Below, piece after piece: positions 63,857 through 64,000 of a stretch of DNA of 64,000 bases (positions within the stretch are counted from its first letter, which is position 1; the number at the start of each line of letters is the position of its first letter). The notes below the pieces were generated by a model. The model did no database searches. It was not told where the DNA came from and saw only the letters and a program-made list of their open reading frames with translations. Source of the stretch: Verrucomicrobiota bacterium. GTDB taxonomy: Bacteria; Verrucomicrobiota; Kiritimatiellia; UBA8416; JABMPJ01. The stretch covers positions 25,486-89,485 of the forward strand of contig JABGQM010000010.1 in the NCBI GenBank assembly GCA_018648805.1. The letters run 5' to 3'. The position numbers and the translations under genes were made by a program.

Positions 63857-63948
63857 GACAGAATAATTGGTGACAGAATGATTTTCCCGTCGTCCGCGGC
63901 TCGGGTTCTGCGGGGGATGGGCAAAATCATTTGGGGCAAAATCATTTT
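63857..63948. repeat. I-family hairpin (AATGATTTT words)
   Basis: GACAGAATAATTGGTGACAGAATGATTTTCCC (63857-88) against GGGCAAAATCATTTGGGGCAAAATCATTTT (63919-48). Confidence 0.7.
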
Positions 63949-64000
63949 GATAGAGCGGCCGTCGGGATCCTTTGAGGGTGGTATTGGGAGGGGGGCGCTG

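Overview
High-GC bacterial chromosomal segment, almost fully coding and mostly housekeeping.

Gene order:
- a coiled-coil/GYF protein
- a minus-strand chain: GT4 glycosyltransferase, HAD-like protein, thiC, mazG
- further glycosyltransferases and a membrane-protein/wHTH block
- a partial dcw cluster: fused murC-murB, ddl, ftsQ, ftsA, ftsZ
- a type II secretion / type IV pilus-like cluster: gspE, gspF, gspG, four minor pseudopilins, a PilM-PilN fusion, a PilO/GspM-like gene, secretin
- rplM-rpsI and a DEAD-box helicase
- argJ-argB-argD-argG and tRNA-Leu(GAG)
- nadD-rsfS
- an ECF sigma/anti-sigma pair next to an HExxH membrane protein
- class II (B12) ribonucleotide reductase with candidate NrdR boxes
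- der, glnS, gltX, nadA
- a 1054-aa secreted orphan
- an oxidoreductase, a sulfatase, topoisomerase III, a TIM-barrel isomerase, lipA

I saw no transposase, integrase, CRISPR array, rRNA or obvious defence/toxin gene. The gene content would fit a PVC-group organism (Verrucomicrobiota/Kiritimatiellota-like), but that is only an inference.

The most unusual signal is non-coding. By my count, 16 of 20 non-divergent intergenic spacers of about 86 bp or more carry a long imperfect hairpin (a few carry only a one-armed word array), and 0 of 3 divergent promoter spacers do. The hairpin arms are arrays of short repeated words. They fall into several sequence families, labelled A-I here.

Family F stands out. 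It is strand-oriented, sits directly after stop codons or the tRNA 3' end, and shows compensatory stem changes between copies. Three of its loci carry a 21-bp tandem-repeat tail. I cannot match these elements to any family I know.

All calls come from reading the sequence and the ORF translations. No database search, folding or alignment software was run.
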